Source: Candidatus Thorarchaeota archaeon SMTZ1-45
GTDB lineage: Archaea > Asgardarchaeota > Thorarchaeia > Thorarchaeales > Thorarchaeaceae
Direction of reading: 5' to 3'
Assembly: GCA_001563335.1 (NCBI GenBank)
Contig: LRSL01000047.1
Location: 1-51,565 of the forward strand
DNA length: 51,565 bases
The translations under genes and the position numbers were made by a program. This document shows positions 18,558 through 28,951 of this stretch, one piece after another. The notes under the pieces are model-generated. The model saw only the letters and a program-made list of their open reading frames with translations. It did not search any database and had not been told where the DNA came from. The first letter of the stretch is position 1; the number at the start of each line of letters is the position of its first letter.

Positions 18558-19730
18558 CTATTCAGGTAATAGGTAAAGGGTTGGGTCTTCCTCCATTTCA
18601 TCATCGAACCGACCAAATCTGATGAAAGCTGGATCAGCATCATTTTCCATGAAGAATGGCACATATTCATCTATCACTGATTGCGAGATGTTCCAGTCAA
18701 TCTTGTCTGTGATATTTACTCTATCTGTATATCGAGCAAAGCCTCTCCAGTAAGCTACCGCACCGGCAAGCATGAGTTTTTTCTTGTCCCAGTCTGCGAA
18801 TTTCATATAGAGCTCTGAGAGAGCTGCCTCTGCTGCCTCTGCATATGCAGGCAACTCGTCAAGTCCTAGGGGAGCAACTTTTGCTCCTCGTTCTGTATAA
18901 GCTGCAATATTGGTGACAAGATTCGAGTAATCTCCAGGTTCAATATTCATTGTACCAATATCATTGAATTTGGCTGATGCACCCTTAATCGTCATAGCCA
19001 CACCCAACTTTGCGGATGGTAATTTTGCCTCAGTATCGGACCATGGTAGCCAGAGATGACCTCTCCCATCATGTAGTCTGGTGAACTCTGTCAAGACAAG
19101 AATCTCATCATTTGAGAATGGATATGGTCCGTGGTCTATAAGCTTCGCACGTGCCTCACATTCGTCCATAAACGCATAGAGTTCGACCTGCCCCATGATA
19201 CGCCTGATTTTCTTAACTTGTTCAGTGTTAACAGACTCAAGATTGTCTTTTATCCAGCTCAGAGTATCTTCACTAAAAGCAAGATTCTTTCTCTCAGAAC
19301 TCGCAACAGTCGGTTCTCCTGTATTGAAATAATTGATGCCTAACCTATACCATTGGTTAAGCATCCACTGCCATTCTTTCTGCTTTTCCTCATCCTCGTG
19401 TCTTGGATCATTATTACATTTGTCGAAGACAATCCCCATGCGTCCAAGAGAATAATAGAGCCAGAGATAGGTGATGGAGAGCGCGTGTATCTCAGATAGC
19501 AGAGTCTTACTCTGTTTCGCAAGATCTTCTGGAGTTATTTTTGACCAGACATGGTTCATCACATCGTAAAGATTGTAGTAAGTATGATAGCATGATACTG
19601 AGATGTACTCGTTTGTCGGAAATATTTCAGACTCGAGAAGCCCACGTTCAGCCAAAATATCTGAAAAGGTGTCAGAGATATGTTTTATCATCCTGTTCGT
19701 GTCGCCTATGTCCAATGTTTGCACTCTCAT
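18558..19730 (-). CDS. Uncharacterised 391-aa protein (candidate substrate-binding subunit of a split dikinase)
   Basis: Long ORF; motif DECEAR...DHGPY; divergent from the PEP-utiliser genes. Confidence 0.8.
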   Translation of the reverse strand: MRVQTLDIGDTNRMIKHISDTFSDILAERGLLESEIFPTNEYISVSCYHTYYNLYDVMNHVWSKITPEDLAKQSKTLLSEIHALSITYLWLYYSLGRMGIVFDKCNNDPRHEDEEKQKEWQWMLNQWYRLGINYFNTGEPTVASSERKNLAFSEDTLSWIKDNLESVNTEQVKKIRRIMGQVELYAFMDECEARAKLIDHGPYPFSNDEILVLTEFTRLHDGRGHLWLPWSDTEAKLPSAKLGVAMTIKGASAKFNDIGTMNIEPGDYSNLVTNIAAYTERGAKVAPLGLDELPAYAEAAEAALSELYMKFADWDKKKLMLAGAVAYWRGFARYTDRVNITDKIDWNISQSVIDEYVPFFMENDADPAFIRFGRFDDEMEEDPTLYLLPE

Positions 19731-19858
19731 CAAAGGTCAATATTCGATTCTAAATCGGAGTCCACGTAGAAGTGGGTATTAAGCATTTCAGAATGCTAAC
19801 GCGAAGCTTTTTACATACTAATTAAGTCACGCTGAGAAGGCTGTGGACGGATGATAAT

Positions 19859-20209
19859 TTGAGAGAAGTTGCAAGAGGTCTTATTTCATTGAAACTCTCT
19901 GCTGAGGGGGAGCTTAGATATATCACTACTATGAGGGAGGTGATTGAGCTACTAAAGGAGGGAGCTGATGGCAAAATAGTCCTCGTGAATGATGGTGGCA
20001 CGACATTTCTTGCACCAGTTCTTTCAAAACTTGCAGGGGTGGTGTGTATAACTGGAGCTCTTGGGTCACATTTAGCTATTGTCACAAGGGAGTTTGAAAT
20101 ACCCGCACTTATGGGCACTAAAATTGAGAGTCCTGAAGAGTTAGACAGAAAAAACGTGATGATTCAACCCGATGAAGGAATCACAGGGGTATTATTTATC
20201 ACGGAGTGA
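19859..20209 (+). CDS. Stand-alone PEP-utilising enzyme mobile (phospho-His swivel) domain
   Basis: GALGSHLAIVTREFEIPA matches the GxxxSHxAIxxRExGIPA signature. Confidence 0.9.
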   Translation: MREVARGLISLKLSAEGELRYITTMREVIELLKEGADGKIVLVNDGGTTFLAPVLSKLAGVVCITGALGSHLAIVTREFEIPALMGTKIESPEELDRKNVMIQPDEGITGVLFITE

Positions 20210-21198
20210 GTGATTGCTTGAAAATGGTTCATACTCTTGAGATGATTCAACCAGATGAAGTTGAAACTCACGGAGGAAAAGCTGTAAATCTAGGAAAACT
20301 TGCGCAAAGTGGTTTTCTGATTCCGAGAGGCTTTTCGATTTCCACTGACGCGTTTACTCAAATGGTAGAGAGTAGCCATGATTTGATTAATTTCCTGAAA
20401 AAGGTGGACGATTCAGAAGATTTTGAAGAAATCTTAGAGATTTCTGAAAATCTGCAAAGGCTAATAGAAGAGTACCAAGTGCCAAAAAGACTGGAGTCTG
20501 AGATATCGCTTGGTATCCAAAACCTCAAAGAACTGAGCGTGAGTAGTGAGCTTGGTTTTGCTATACGATCGTCAGCAACGATAGAAGATCATAGCGACGT
20601 TTCGTTCGCAGGACAGGCAGAAAGCTACCTCTGTGTAAAAAAACACTCAGAAATAATCGAGTTTGTGAAGAAAGTATGGCAGTCTGCATTCTCTGAGCGT
20701 GCCATAGTCTATCTAAAAGCAAAGGCAATTCCAATTAGGCAGTTGAAGGTAGCAGTTGTTGTTCAGGAAATGATTCCTGCAGAAATTTCAGGAGTAATGT
20801 TTACAGCAAATGTCGTCAACAATAATGCGGATGAGCTTTTAATCAATGCAACATGGGGCTTAGGTGACTGTCTTGTTTCAGGAAAAATCGTGCCTGACAC
20901 CTATGTCTTGACAAAGAGCCCATTCAGTGTGATTCAACGTACTGTGGGTGAAAAAGAACTAACATCAAAGCTAGAAATGAATCAACTAGTCCTGATAGAA
21001 ACTCCAAAGGATAGACAGTCAAAATACACGCTTGATGATGAAACTCTGTTCGATATCGCAGAGATTGGACTAAAGATTGAGAATGTGATGGAGTGCCCAC
21101 AGGATATCGAGTGGTGTATCAAACCAGATGGTGTTCTAGTAATCCTTCAGTCAAGGCCAATTACTACACTTAGCGTGCCTTCATCTCATAAAGAGTGA
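20206..21198 (+). CDS. Stand-alone PEP/pyruvate-binding (PPDK_N, ATP-grasp) domain protein
   Basis: GGKAVNL, IRSSATIED..SFAGQ, VQEM, WGLG..LVSG, DIEW, LQSRPIT; no C-terminal domain. Confidence 0.93.
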   Translation: MSDCLKMVHTLEMIQPDEVETHGGKAVNLGKLAQSGFLIPRGFSISTDAFTQMVESSHDLINFLKKVDDSEDFEEILEISENLQRLIEEYQVPKRLESEISLGIQNLKELSVSSELGFAIRSSATIEDHSDVSFAGQAESYLCVKKHSEIIEFVKKVWQSAFSERAIVYLKAKAIPIRQLKVAVVVQEMIPAEISGVMFTANVVNNNADELLINATWGLGDCLVSGKIVPDTYVLTKSPFSVIQRTVGEKELTSKLEMNQLVLIETPKDRQSKYTLDDETLFDIAEIGLKIENVMECPQDIEWCIKPDGVLVILQSRPITTLSVPSSHKE

Positions 21199-21463
21199 CA
21201 CCAGGGTTAACGGTAATTGCATGTTCAGGGCAAATTGTAACACACTTCATGCAACCAGTGCATTTTGAAAGCCAAATGGCGTCAATCCTCCAGACCTCTG
21301 GATTGTGGGGATCTGGATGGTCCTCAAGTGTCGGATGCATCAAAAAGACAGCTGGGTCACAGATGAGTAGGCACTTTCTACATTCACGAGGGTCAGTGCT
21401 TGCACCTGAGTGACACTTTGAGTAGTCAATTGTGATTTTTGTCTTCTTTACCATACTAGTCAC
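21170..21463 (-). CDS. Small ferredoxin-like 4Fe-4S protein
   Basis: C-x10-CxxCxxxC and CxxCxxCxxxCP. Confidence 0.85.
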   Translation of the reverse strand: MTSMVKKTKITIDYSKCHSGASTDPRECRKCLLICDPAVFLMHPTLEDHPDPHNPEVWRIDAIWLSKCTGCMKCVTICPEHAITVNPGVTLYEMKAR

Positions 21464-21464
21464 C

Positions 21465-22340
21465 TCAGTATTTTCCAGCCTGTCCTTGAACAGATTCTCT
21501 TGGAATCAAATTGAGAGCGTCATGCTTGCATGCGTGTCGACAAACTCCACAACCGAAGCATTTGTCCAAATCAACAATCACTCTGTTCACTGATGGCAAG
21601 TATCTTAGCGCATTGAACTGACACATCCTTACACAGGACTTACAGCCTTGGCACTTATCGATGTCAATATCAATCAGGTACTCAGCCTTGTATACTGTAC
21701 GTAGGCCAAAGTCATTCCTAAGACGCAGTCCGCCGCATTCTGGAGTTTCGCAGGAGCAAATCGCATTGATATAAGGAACTGGTTGGAACCAGACAGATGC
21801 AACATAACCTCTCTCATTCTGTTCTTGCAGGGCCTGAATAGCCTCTTCACGATCGAGTTTGTACTTCACATCCTCAGGAATGTATCGAGTATGTTTCTCA
21901 ATCACTTCGGAGAGTTGCCCAAAGTTGATGCAGACAGCGTCTTTAACTCCCCTTTGCATCCATCTACATACACAGTAGTTCTTAATGATTGGCTCAGCAG
22001 CCAGATTTCCCATGATGTGTTGAGCGTCCTCTAATGGGATGACTTGTCCAAAGTGACCATCAGCTCTCACTGGATTCCTATTCTTCTTCTCGCTTTGGAT
22101 TTGCCCTTCAACAACTTTGCGGATGACACGACCGATAATGGGCATTTGCATCTTGTAGCCCAAACCGATTGAGTTGAAACCCATAATTTTTCGGATGAAG
22201 AGGGTTTCCATATTCTTCCATTGCTCGTCCAGGTATTCTCTGGCGTTGTACTCATCTGCTAGCTCATCCTTGTACAGTCTAGCGTTTTCATACCATTTGC
22301 CGCCATCGCCGTGTTTGAAGCACCACTCGCACATTACCAT
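21465..22340 (-). CDS. 4Fe-4S dicluster-domain protein with Cys-rich N-terminal region
   Basis: CEWC, CVCR, AICSC..C, plus two C-terminal CxxCxxCxxxC motifs. Confidence 0.88.
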   Translation of the reverse strand: MVMCEWCFKHGDGGKWYENARLYKDELADEYNAREYLDEQWKNMETLFIRKIMGFNSIGLGYKMQMPIIGRVIRKVVEGQIQSEKKNRNPVRADGHFGQVIPLEDAQHIMGNLAAEPIIKNYCVCRWMQRGVKDAVCINFGQLSEVIEKHTRYIPEDVKYKLDREEAIQALQEQNERGYVASVWFQPVPYINAICSCETPECGGLRLRNDFGLRTVYKAEYLIDIDIDKCQGCKSCVRMCQFNALRYLPSVNRVIVDLDKCFGCGVCRHACKHDALNLIPRESVQGQAGKY

Positions 22341-22519
22341 CGCCTATTTCTTTGTAGTCTATCTCGACTCGAGATGCGATATTTAAAAATCCCGTATTTA
22401 ACTAACAAGAATTCGGAAAAAGTTCGTTCTGGAGGGAAAAAGCAATTCGTATCAAGAAGGCTTTTTTTCACAGAGTGTAGAATTGGAATTTAGTTTCTCA
22501 AGTTGGCTGTGTGTGCACA

Positions 22520-24619
22520 ATGATTAGACTGATGGGTGTTCTGACCATAGGAGGCGTACCTATCAAGTTTAAGAGCTCAATGGAAGCCGAGGGGGAACTA
22601 ATTCTTGGACCATTGATTGAAGCTACCAAAGCACTGAGCGATATAATGGGTAGTGGTGAAGTCAGGCGACTAGCGTTTAAAGACAACACACTGATTGTCA
22701 CTGAAACAACAAAGGGATTTACTGTGGTAGCCCTGGTGAGCAAAGCAGAGGACTACATGGACAGTCTCCTTCGTGTGATTGCAGAGAAGATAGACGAGTC
22801 CGAAATTCAATTTGCTGACGGATCTGTAAATGAATTGCAGAAGATTATCGTTGAACGGATTCTTAATCCCTATGTCAGAGACCACATTGAAGTTTCGTTT
22901 CCTGATGCGCTTTCAAATACTTGGAATCCAGTCTATGAGGTATTAAAGAACCATGATCAATTTGCTGAGATAATCCAAGAAGTCGATGACCTGCTAGCTA
23001 GACCAGAGTCTGAAAAGAGATGGACCCAATTCAGGAAAGAGTCCAAAGGATCATTGAATGATGCATTAGCCCATGCTCTGAGAGGAGAGTTCGATAAAGC
23101 ATGTGCAATTGCATTGGATAATGAAGGGGTAGTAGCAGGAATATTTAGTATAAAGATGGGTGCTTTGGCACATTCGATGACCAAAGCAATCCCCCCAACT
23201 CTGGCAGAGTTGAGAAAAACAGCTGCAACATTATCTGATGATCATCTTTTCACTGATTTTGTAAAGATACTGGTGGGGTCTGTGGCGGGGGAGGTCATTC
23301 CTGCAGACTATTCTCGTGTCTTCAGAGAGTCAATGAGTCATTTTGAGTTCATTGACGATGATGATCACCTTATGCTTGGTTTTCTCTTCCTTGACCCTCG
23401 AGTGGTGGACTATCCAGAATTTTCTGAGAGTCTTCTTGAGCTATACAGAGGAAAATCAGAGGTCTATTGTTCATTTATTGAAGCAATTCAAGATCGAAAC
23501 AACATTTTCGCTAAACTGTATTCCATAACAAGTTATGATGGATTTAAGGAAGAACTTGGTTTGTATAAGGCTCAGATATCAAATATTCTTGGAAGTATAA
23601 CATGGGTGACAAATGAAGAATTGATGTGGGAGTTGCAGAAGGAGGAGAAAGGAATTGAGATTGGAATCACAGCTTCACTTAGGTTGCAGAACTATATTGC
23701 AGTACTTATAGCTTTGACTGAATCACCAGTCTTGTCGATTGGCGAAAGGAAAGAATTTCTTGAAGAGGTTCTCATGCTATATCGTGATTATTTTAGAGCG
23801 TTGATGACGACAAATATCCCTCTTTTCGCGTACACATTAGATAGTGTTTTTCAGAGTGTTGGTGTTGCCCATGCAGAGTATTATTTCCTGTCCACTGGCG
23901 ATGCAAGGAACCAACATATTCGTCGAACTATAGAATTCTTAGGAGATATTTATGAGACAATGGTCGAAGAGTGGCCAAAGGCTCGTGTTCGCTTCTCACT
24001 CTTTGTTGTGACCAATTCAATATCTCCTGTTCTCGCACGAGCTGGAGAACTCCCAGAAACCGAGATTCGATTAATGTATGCAGCAATGCAACTTCTTGAC
24101 GTGAACACAATTGATGCAACACAAATCACCCGGCCTACCACTTACGCCACATATCTGGGAAATACAAATACTTCACTCACTGCCCTAGCTTCAAGACTGC
24201 TAAAAGGTGAGGTTCGTGAAAAAGTCCTCAAAGATTGTGTGGATGTTGCGTTGGATGTGCAGGAATGGTTCTTGTCATTTGGTGAAGTGATACGGGATGA
24301 TGCAATGTCTGCAAGTTATCATGCATCCTTGATTGCAGATACGGTGGATGTAGGTGAGTTAAGAAAGATTCTTGACAGAGTTATTGACTTGAACAGAATC
24401 ATAGTGCAGGACCCAACCAAATTCGATTATGAGCTGGCAATGATGTCTGTCCCTCTTATGGATCTCTTATCCAATTCATGGAGGAGATTGGCTGATGAGA
24501 AGTATCTTAGGGTGGCAAAGAGCACATATGATTCGGCCATTTCAGCTTGGAAAAAGTATGGATTCCATGAGAAGGCGGAGAATTTCAAGAAGTCGTTCAG
24601 TCATTCCTTAGAGTCCTAA
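22520..24619 (+). CDS. Longin-like N-terminal domain fused to a large alpha-helical region
   Basis: N-terminus MIRLMGVLTIGGVPI...LGPLIEATKALS...VRRLAF..TLIV...FTVVALV fits the longin bb-a-bbb-a pattern. Confidence 0.65.
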   Translation: MIRLMGVLTIGGVPIKFKSSMEAEGELILGPLIEATKALSDIMGSGEVRRLAFKDNTLIVTETTKGFTVVALVSKAEDYMDSLLRVIAEKIDESEIQFADGSVNELQKIIVERILNPYVRDHIEVSFPDALSNTWNPVYEVLKNHDQFAEIIQEVDDLLARPESEKRWTQFRKESKGSLNDALAHALRGEFDKACAIALDNEGVVAGIFSIKMGALAHSMTKAIPPTLAELRKTAATLSDDHLFTDFVKILVGSVAGEVIPADYSRVFRESMSHFEFIDDDDHLMLGFLFLDPRVVDYPEFSESLLELYRGKSEVYCSFIEAIQDRNNIFAKLYSITSYDGFKEELGLYKAQISNILGSITWVTNEELMWELQKEEKGIEIGITASLRLQNYIAVLIALTESPVLSIGERKEFLEEVLMLYRDYFRALMTTNIPLFAYTLDSVFQSVGVAHAEYYFLSTGDARNQHIRRTIEFLGDIYETMVEEWPKARVRFSLFVVTNSISPVLARAGELPETEIRLMYAAMQLLDVNTIDATQITRPTTYATYLGNTNTSLTALASRLLKGEVREKVLKDCVDVALDVQEWFLSFGEVIRDDAMSASYHASLIADTVDVGELRKILDRVIDLNRIIVQDPTKFDYELAMMSVPLMDLLSNSWRRLADEKYLRVAKSTYDSAISAWKKYGFHEKAENFKKSFSHSLES

Positions 24620-25471
24620 TAGATGAGTAGTAACATCCCAGAGTTGTTTCTGAAGTTCAGTATCATATGAGGTTTCTGAGGTTTCAACAATCTCCTTCTT
24701 GGCAAAACACTTCCCGGTCACACCTTCAACATCAGGTGATGCCGCTACATAGACTGGGGTTTCAGCGCCTTCTTTAGCACTGAGCTGGAAAGGTTTCATC
24801 ATCCCAAACATGATTCGAGACATCATACTACCAGTGTTGCGACCAAGATTAGTAGCCACAAAGCCAGGGAGAACCACATTAACCGCTACACCTGTATCTT
24901 TCAAACGGTGAGCCAGCTCGTAGGTATGCATGACAACCATGAGCTTTGTATTTCTATAGACGTTCATGGATTTGTAGGATGACTCACTCTGTAAATCATC
25001 CAAATCTAATTTCGCTGATTTATGGAGTCCGGAGGAGAGATTAATCACTCTGGAGGAGGCAGTCTTTTTCAACAAAGGCAGAAGTTCGTGTGTGAGAAGA
25101 AATGGTGCAAGATAGTTTACAGCAAATGTCATCTCGAATCCTTCAGCAGTCACCTGTCGTTTATTGAAGACAGCTCCCGCATTATTCACAAGGACATCTA
25201 GTCGATCATACCTGTTCATAAATTCTAGAGCGAACCTCCGGATCGAATCCATTGAGCACATGTCACAAATCATTAGGTCCACAGAGTCATTTCCGCTCTG
25301 TTGGATGATTTCAGAACGAGCATTTTCGCCCCTTTCCTTGTTTCGAACAACCATGACAACTTTAGAACCCATTTCTGCTAGTGCTAACGCTGTTTCTTTT
25401 CCAATACCGGAATTGCTACCAGTAACAATACAAACTTTGTCCTTCAAGGTCAGCTCTCCAAGATGATGCAT
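24608..25471 (-). CDS. Short-chain dehydrogenase/reductase (retinol dehydrogenase-like)
   Basis: TGSNSGIG, VLVNNAG, YRNTK (YxxxK). Confidence 0.93.
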   Translation of the reverse strand: MHHLGELTLKDKVCIVTGSNSGIGKETALALAEMGSKVVMVVRNKERGENARSEIIQQSGNDSVDLMICDMCSMDSIRRFALEFMNRYDRLDVLVNNAGAVFNKRQVTAEGFEMTFAVNYLAPFLLTHELLPLLKKTASSRVINLSSGLHKSAKLDLDDLQSESSYKSMNVYRNTKLMVVMHTYELAHRLKDTGVAVNVVLPGFVATNLGRNTGSMMSRIMFGMMKPFQLSAKEGAETPVYVAASPDVEGVTGKCFAKKEIVETSETSYDTELQKQLWDVTTHLLGL

Positions 25472-25535
25472 AATAGCTTGTAGAAATCTGAGTGAGTGAC
25501 TACCTTCATTAAGATGTGGGTATGCCTGGTGGTCT

Positions 25536-26006
25536 ATGTTTCTTGTTGAGAACATTGTTGGCTACCTAGCCTGGGCAAACACTTCAATCTGGAAGATAGT
25601 GGAAACTCTCAGTGATGATGAGTTTGAACGATCTCTTGCAGAGAATGTAGGTAGTATTCAAAGAAGGTATATTCATCTGGCTGAGGACTCTTGGGAGTGG
25701 TATCATGATTGGCATGGAGATCACCCTCAAGAGCCCGATTTCTATAATATGACAAGAGGTGAGCTCTATCAGTTCATTTCTGACTATATGGACAAATGGC
25801 AAACTGCAATTGTAGAGAGGAATATCGAAGAATTCACGGATGAACGAGCAGGAAAAGTGGTCGTGATGACCATAGATGAGATATTATTCCATTTGGTGAA
25901 CCATTTCACATACCATAGAGGACAGATTGCTATGGGTTTGAAGATACTTGGAAAAGAGGTTCCTATGACTGATTATGTTCCCTACAGATTCTCTGTGATC
26001 CAATAG
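25536..26006 (+). CDS. DinB family protein
   Basis: YLAWAN, SIQRRYIHL, HLVNHFTYHRGQI. Confidence 0.9.
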   Translation: MFLVENIVGYLAWANTSIWKIVETLSDDEFERSLAENVGSIQRRYIHLAEDSWEWYHDWHGDHPQEPDFYNMTRGELYQFISDYMDKWQTAIVERNIEEFTDERAGKVVVMTIDEILFHLVNHFTYHRGQIAMGLKILGKEVPMTDYVPYRFSVIQ

Positions 26007-26103
26007 ACGAAATTGGTGGACTAAATAAGGTAAATATTGGTACGTATAACTTAGGTTCTCCTATATGAGAATTCGTTGATTTGTAATAGGGTGAAAGATT
26101 GAA

Positions 26104-26550
26104 TCAGTAAGTGATTCCATGTTCAACATAGTATTTCATAAGAGTGAGTGCTTCACCCCAACCAGCAGCACATTCCAGTAGGGCAGCCCGACCAGATGGT
26201 GTATCATGATAGCCATACTCTCTTAGCCGAACAATCGTCCCTTCTTCGACTGGTTCAAAGTCAATCTCGATAGTTGTTGCATAAGTTGGATTATCAGAAT
26301 ACCATTGAAACACGAAACGTTCAGGTCGCCTAGCCTCCAGCACCGGACACTTTGCTTCAGCCGTATATTTATCTGGACCCCAATCTTTCCAACGAAGCGT
26401 TATGCTACCACCAGCTCTAGCATCAACCTCTGATCCAATAGTGAACCACGCATCCAAACCTTCAGCAGTGGTCAGAGCATCGTAGACCTCTTCTGGTTTA
26501 GCTCGGACTAATGTGTTCTGCTTGATCTCAGCATCAATCAGTTTAGTCAT
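26104..26550 (-). CDS. SRPBCC/Aha1 (START-fold) domain protein
   Basis: AKPEEVYDALT..LDAWF...GWGEALTLMK. Confidence 0.9.
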   Translation of the reverse strand: MTKLIDAEIKQNTLVRAKPEEVYDALTTAEGLDAWFTIGSEVDARAGGSITLRWKDWGPDKYTAEAKCPVLEARRPERFVFQWYSDNPTYATTIEIDFEPVEEGTIVRLREYGYHDTPSGRAALLECAAGWGEALTLMKYYVEHGITY

Positions 26551-26636
26551 GCAATCTCACCATGTTTATTCTTAACTATAGTTATACTATTTGTTATAAA
26601 AAAACCTTCTGTAACAGACCCAAAATGGGTTTTGAA

Positions 26637-27575
26637 TCAAGAATCAAGTGGTTCCGTTGCAGGCTCATCTGCTGTTTTGTCTGGTGCTTCATTTGTTGAT
26701 GTTTTTCTTGCAATCACAGGTTTCTCTACCTCGCCCGCGGCGAGTCCTCGTGCAAACCGTTGAATGAAACCAACAGACCTTCTCTGTGACGCTTCATTCA
26801 AAAAGACAACAGGCATTATGAAAGCCATTATTAACAGCGGAATTCCGAGAGTCCACAAAGAACCAAAAAGAAGTTTGTCTGCTGTTAGTGTTACACCATA
26901 GACTATGACTGGAGTGATAAAGTGGGCACTGATCATCGCTATTGGAAATGAGAATAGGGAATATCCTCCAAGCATACTACTATACCATCGACCAACGCCT
27001 TCTGTGTCGGGGCATTGACGTGCATTTAATTGTCCCTCTTTGAGATGCGTTACTATTCCAGCATCATTGAGGATCCAAGTCGGAACAAAAAATGCCAAGG
27101 CGATAGGCATGATTATGAGAGCACCCATTAAAGTTACGCTTAATGAAACTAGATATGATTCATCAGGAAGAAGAGCGTCATATGGAGCAACAATTAGTCC
27201 CCTAATGAGCCCTACGACTAAGCCTGATGAACTGACACTAAAAAGTGCAGGAGCGACACTCCTACGAATCATTCGGTAGCCTCCAAAATCTTGGCCAATA
27301 TCCATGATACTGAAATTGTAGGTTGCGGATTTTATTATTCTGCTGCTTGTGAGGAAAAGAGCAGCAAGGGGAAGTGTAATGATGTAATATTCTATCGCAA
27401 TGATGGGGATGGCTATTCCAAGGATGATCAAGATGTCTGTAAAGAGCGAGCCTTCGATAAACGGAAAAAATTCGAAAGATGGGAGTATTGACGTCACTTG
27501 GTAAAAGACGTATATCGAAAACGCTATGCCTCCAATGGAGAAGATAGTTGGAAACACAAACCTTGCCTTACCCAT
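26637..27575 (-). CDS. Hypothetical multi-pass membrane protein
   Basis: 312-aa ORF, about 6 TM. Confidence 0.75.
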   Translation of the reverse strand: MGKARFVFPTIFSIGGIAFSIYVFYQVTSILPSFEFFPFIEGSLFTDILIILGIAIPIIAIEYYIITLPLAALFLTSSRIIKSATYNFSIMDIGQDFGGYRMIRRSVAPALFSVSSSGLVVGLIRGLIVAPYDALLPDESYLVSLSVTLMGALIIMPIALAFFVPTWILNDAGIVTHLKEGQLNARQCPDTEGVGRWYSSMLGGYSLFSFPIAMISAHFITPVIVYGVTLTADKLLFGSLWTLGIPLLIMAFIMPVVFLNEASQRRSVGFIQRFARGLAAGEVEKPVIARKTSTNEAPDKTADEPATEPLDS

Positions 27576-27684
27576 TTTAAATCAAAACTCCGTGTCATTC
27601 ATCCTATATAACTCAACTTGGTGATATTTAGATTGTATTCAGACGAAGAGGTTTAAATCACACTCTGCAAAGTATCATGAAGCG

Positions 27685-28476
27685 ATGGCGCTTCCAATAG
27701 GTTCGAACTCGAGCAGATTTGTGGCTTTTGTGGCTGTTTTTACAGCAATGATTGCAGTTTTGGATGCAATTCCCACGATACCCACGTTCTATGCTGGAAT
27801 TTGGGACAGCTGGCCGTTCTTGTTGAGTCCTATTGTTGGAATCTTATTGGGACCCTACATAGGGGCCTTATCTGTGGGATTGGGCTGTTTCTTGGGACAT
27901 ATGATATACTTCCGAGACCCTACTGAGCTTCTATTCATGTTGGGATTGCCTCTGGGAGCAGCTATGGCAGGTTTTGTATATCAGCAAAGATGGCGTCCAG
28001 TTTTTGGAATCTATACTGCAATGCTTCTTGGATACTTCATTTATCCGGTTTCGTGGGAACTACCGCTATGGGGAATTTGGGATGTGCTTGTTGGATATGG
28101 TGTATTACTGATCTACACTTTAGCAACATCACGCGGTGTTTGGTCGGACACAAGTGAATGGCATAAGTTGCTGTTACTCCTATTCAGCAGTGCAATTGCT
28201 CTGGAAGCAGATATCCTGTTTCGAATCTTTGTACTAGTCCCAGGGCAAACATACTGGTTCTTCTACGGATGGACACCCAACGAACTTTATTACATATGGT
28301 TGGGTGCGGGATTCATTACACCAATCAAGGTTGTATTAGCGTGTATAGTTGCTGTGACTCTAGGTCGGCAATTGTTGCGAGTTCTTGAACAACATGGAGA
28401 TTCAATAATAGTGGATGATACTGGCGCACAACCAAGCTATACTTCAGCAAGAGTCGAGTCTGAAGATGTATCATGA
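27685..28476 (+). CDS. ECF transporter S-component-like membrane protein
   Basis: VAFVAVFTAM...SPIVGILLGPYIGA pattern. Confidence 0.7.
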   Translation: MALPIGSNSSRFVAFVAVFTAMIAVLDAIPTIPTFYAGIWDSWPFLLSPIVGILLGPYIGALSVGLGCFLGHMIYFRDPTELLFMLGLPLGAAMAGFVYQQRWRPVFGIYTAMLLGYFIYPVSWELPLWGIWDVLVGYGVLLIYTLATSRGVWSDTSEWHKLLLLLFSSAIALEADILFRIFVLVPGQTYWFFYGWTPNELYYIWLGAGFITPIKVVLACIVAVTLGRQLLRVLEQHGDSIIVDDTGAQPSYTSARVESEDVS

Positions 28477-28697
28477 CGTCGCATCGGGAACCAACCAGCC
28501 CAAGAGAGTGTGAGGAAGACAATGAGTGAAATAATAGCCCATGAACCGTAAGTAACTAGCTCATATAATGGATAGTTGGTTGATATTCCTATCATAGGGA
28601 GAAGATAGAGATCGATAATGACCCATGCAACGAACAGAGAGATTGCAGCAGCTGTTCCAATGATCCGTCTTGGATTGTCAGTATTCAGATCCATTAT
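28437..28697 (-). CDS. Small 2-TM membrane protein
   Basis: Two hydrophobic helices; convergent overlap with the neighbouring gene. Confidence 0.6.
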   Translation of the reverse strand: MMDLNTDNPRRIIGTAAAISLFVAWVIIDLYLLPMIGISTNYPLYELVTYGSWAIISLIVFLTLSWAGWFPMRRHDTSSDSTLAEV

Positions 28698-28951
28698 TCT
28701 CACTGATAGAATTGCAAGATGTGGGGGTTTTCTATGTTGTCCTATGAGCTATTTACTGTGGAATAGAACCTCAGGATATCTAGCGAAGGTCCATCAAAGA
28801 GGATAGATATAATTCCATTGAGATGCTCATTAAAGAGTGTCAACCAAGAGAATTCGATGAGAGAAGAGTTCTTCTATTGAAAGGAAATTCGAACAGTTAA
28901 TCGCACCACAAATAAGATATTAAAATTCAGTATTTTTGTATCGATTCTTAC

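Noticed and set aside
19859-21198. Frameshifted PEP synthase (ppsA) pseudogene
   Set aside because: The domain order is reversed (His domain first), both ORFs have intact motifs and a clean GTGA coupling, and there is no pyruvate-binding barrel remnant
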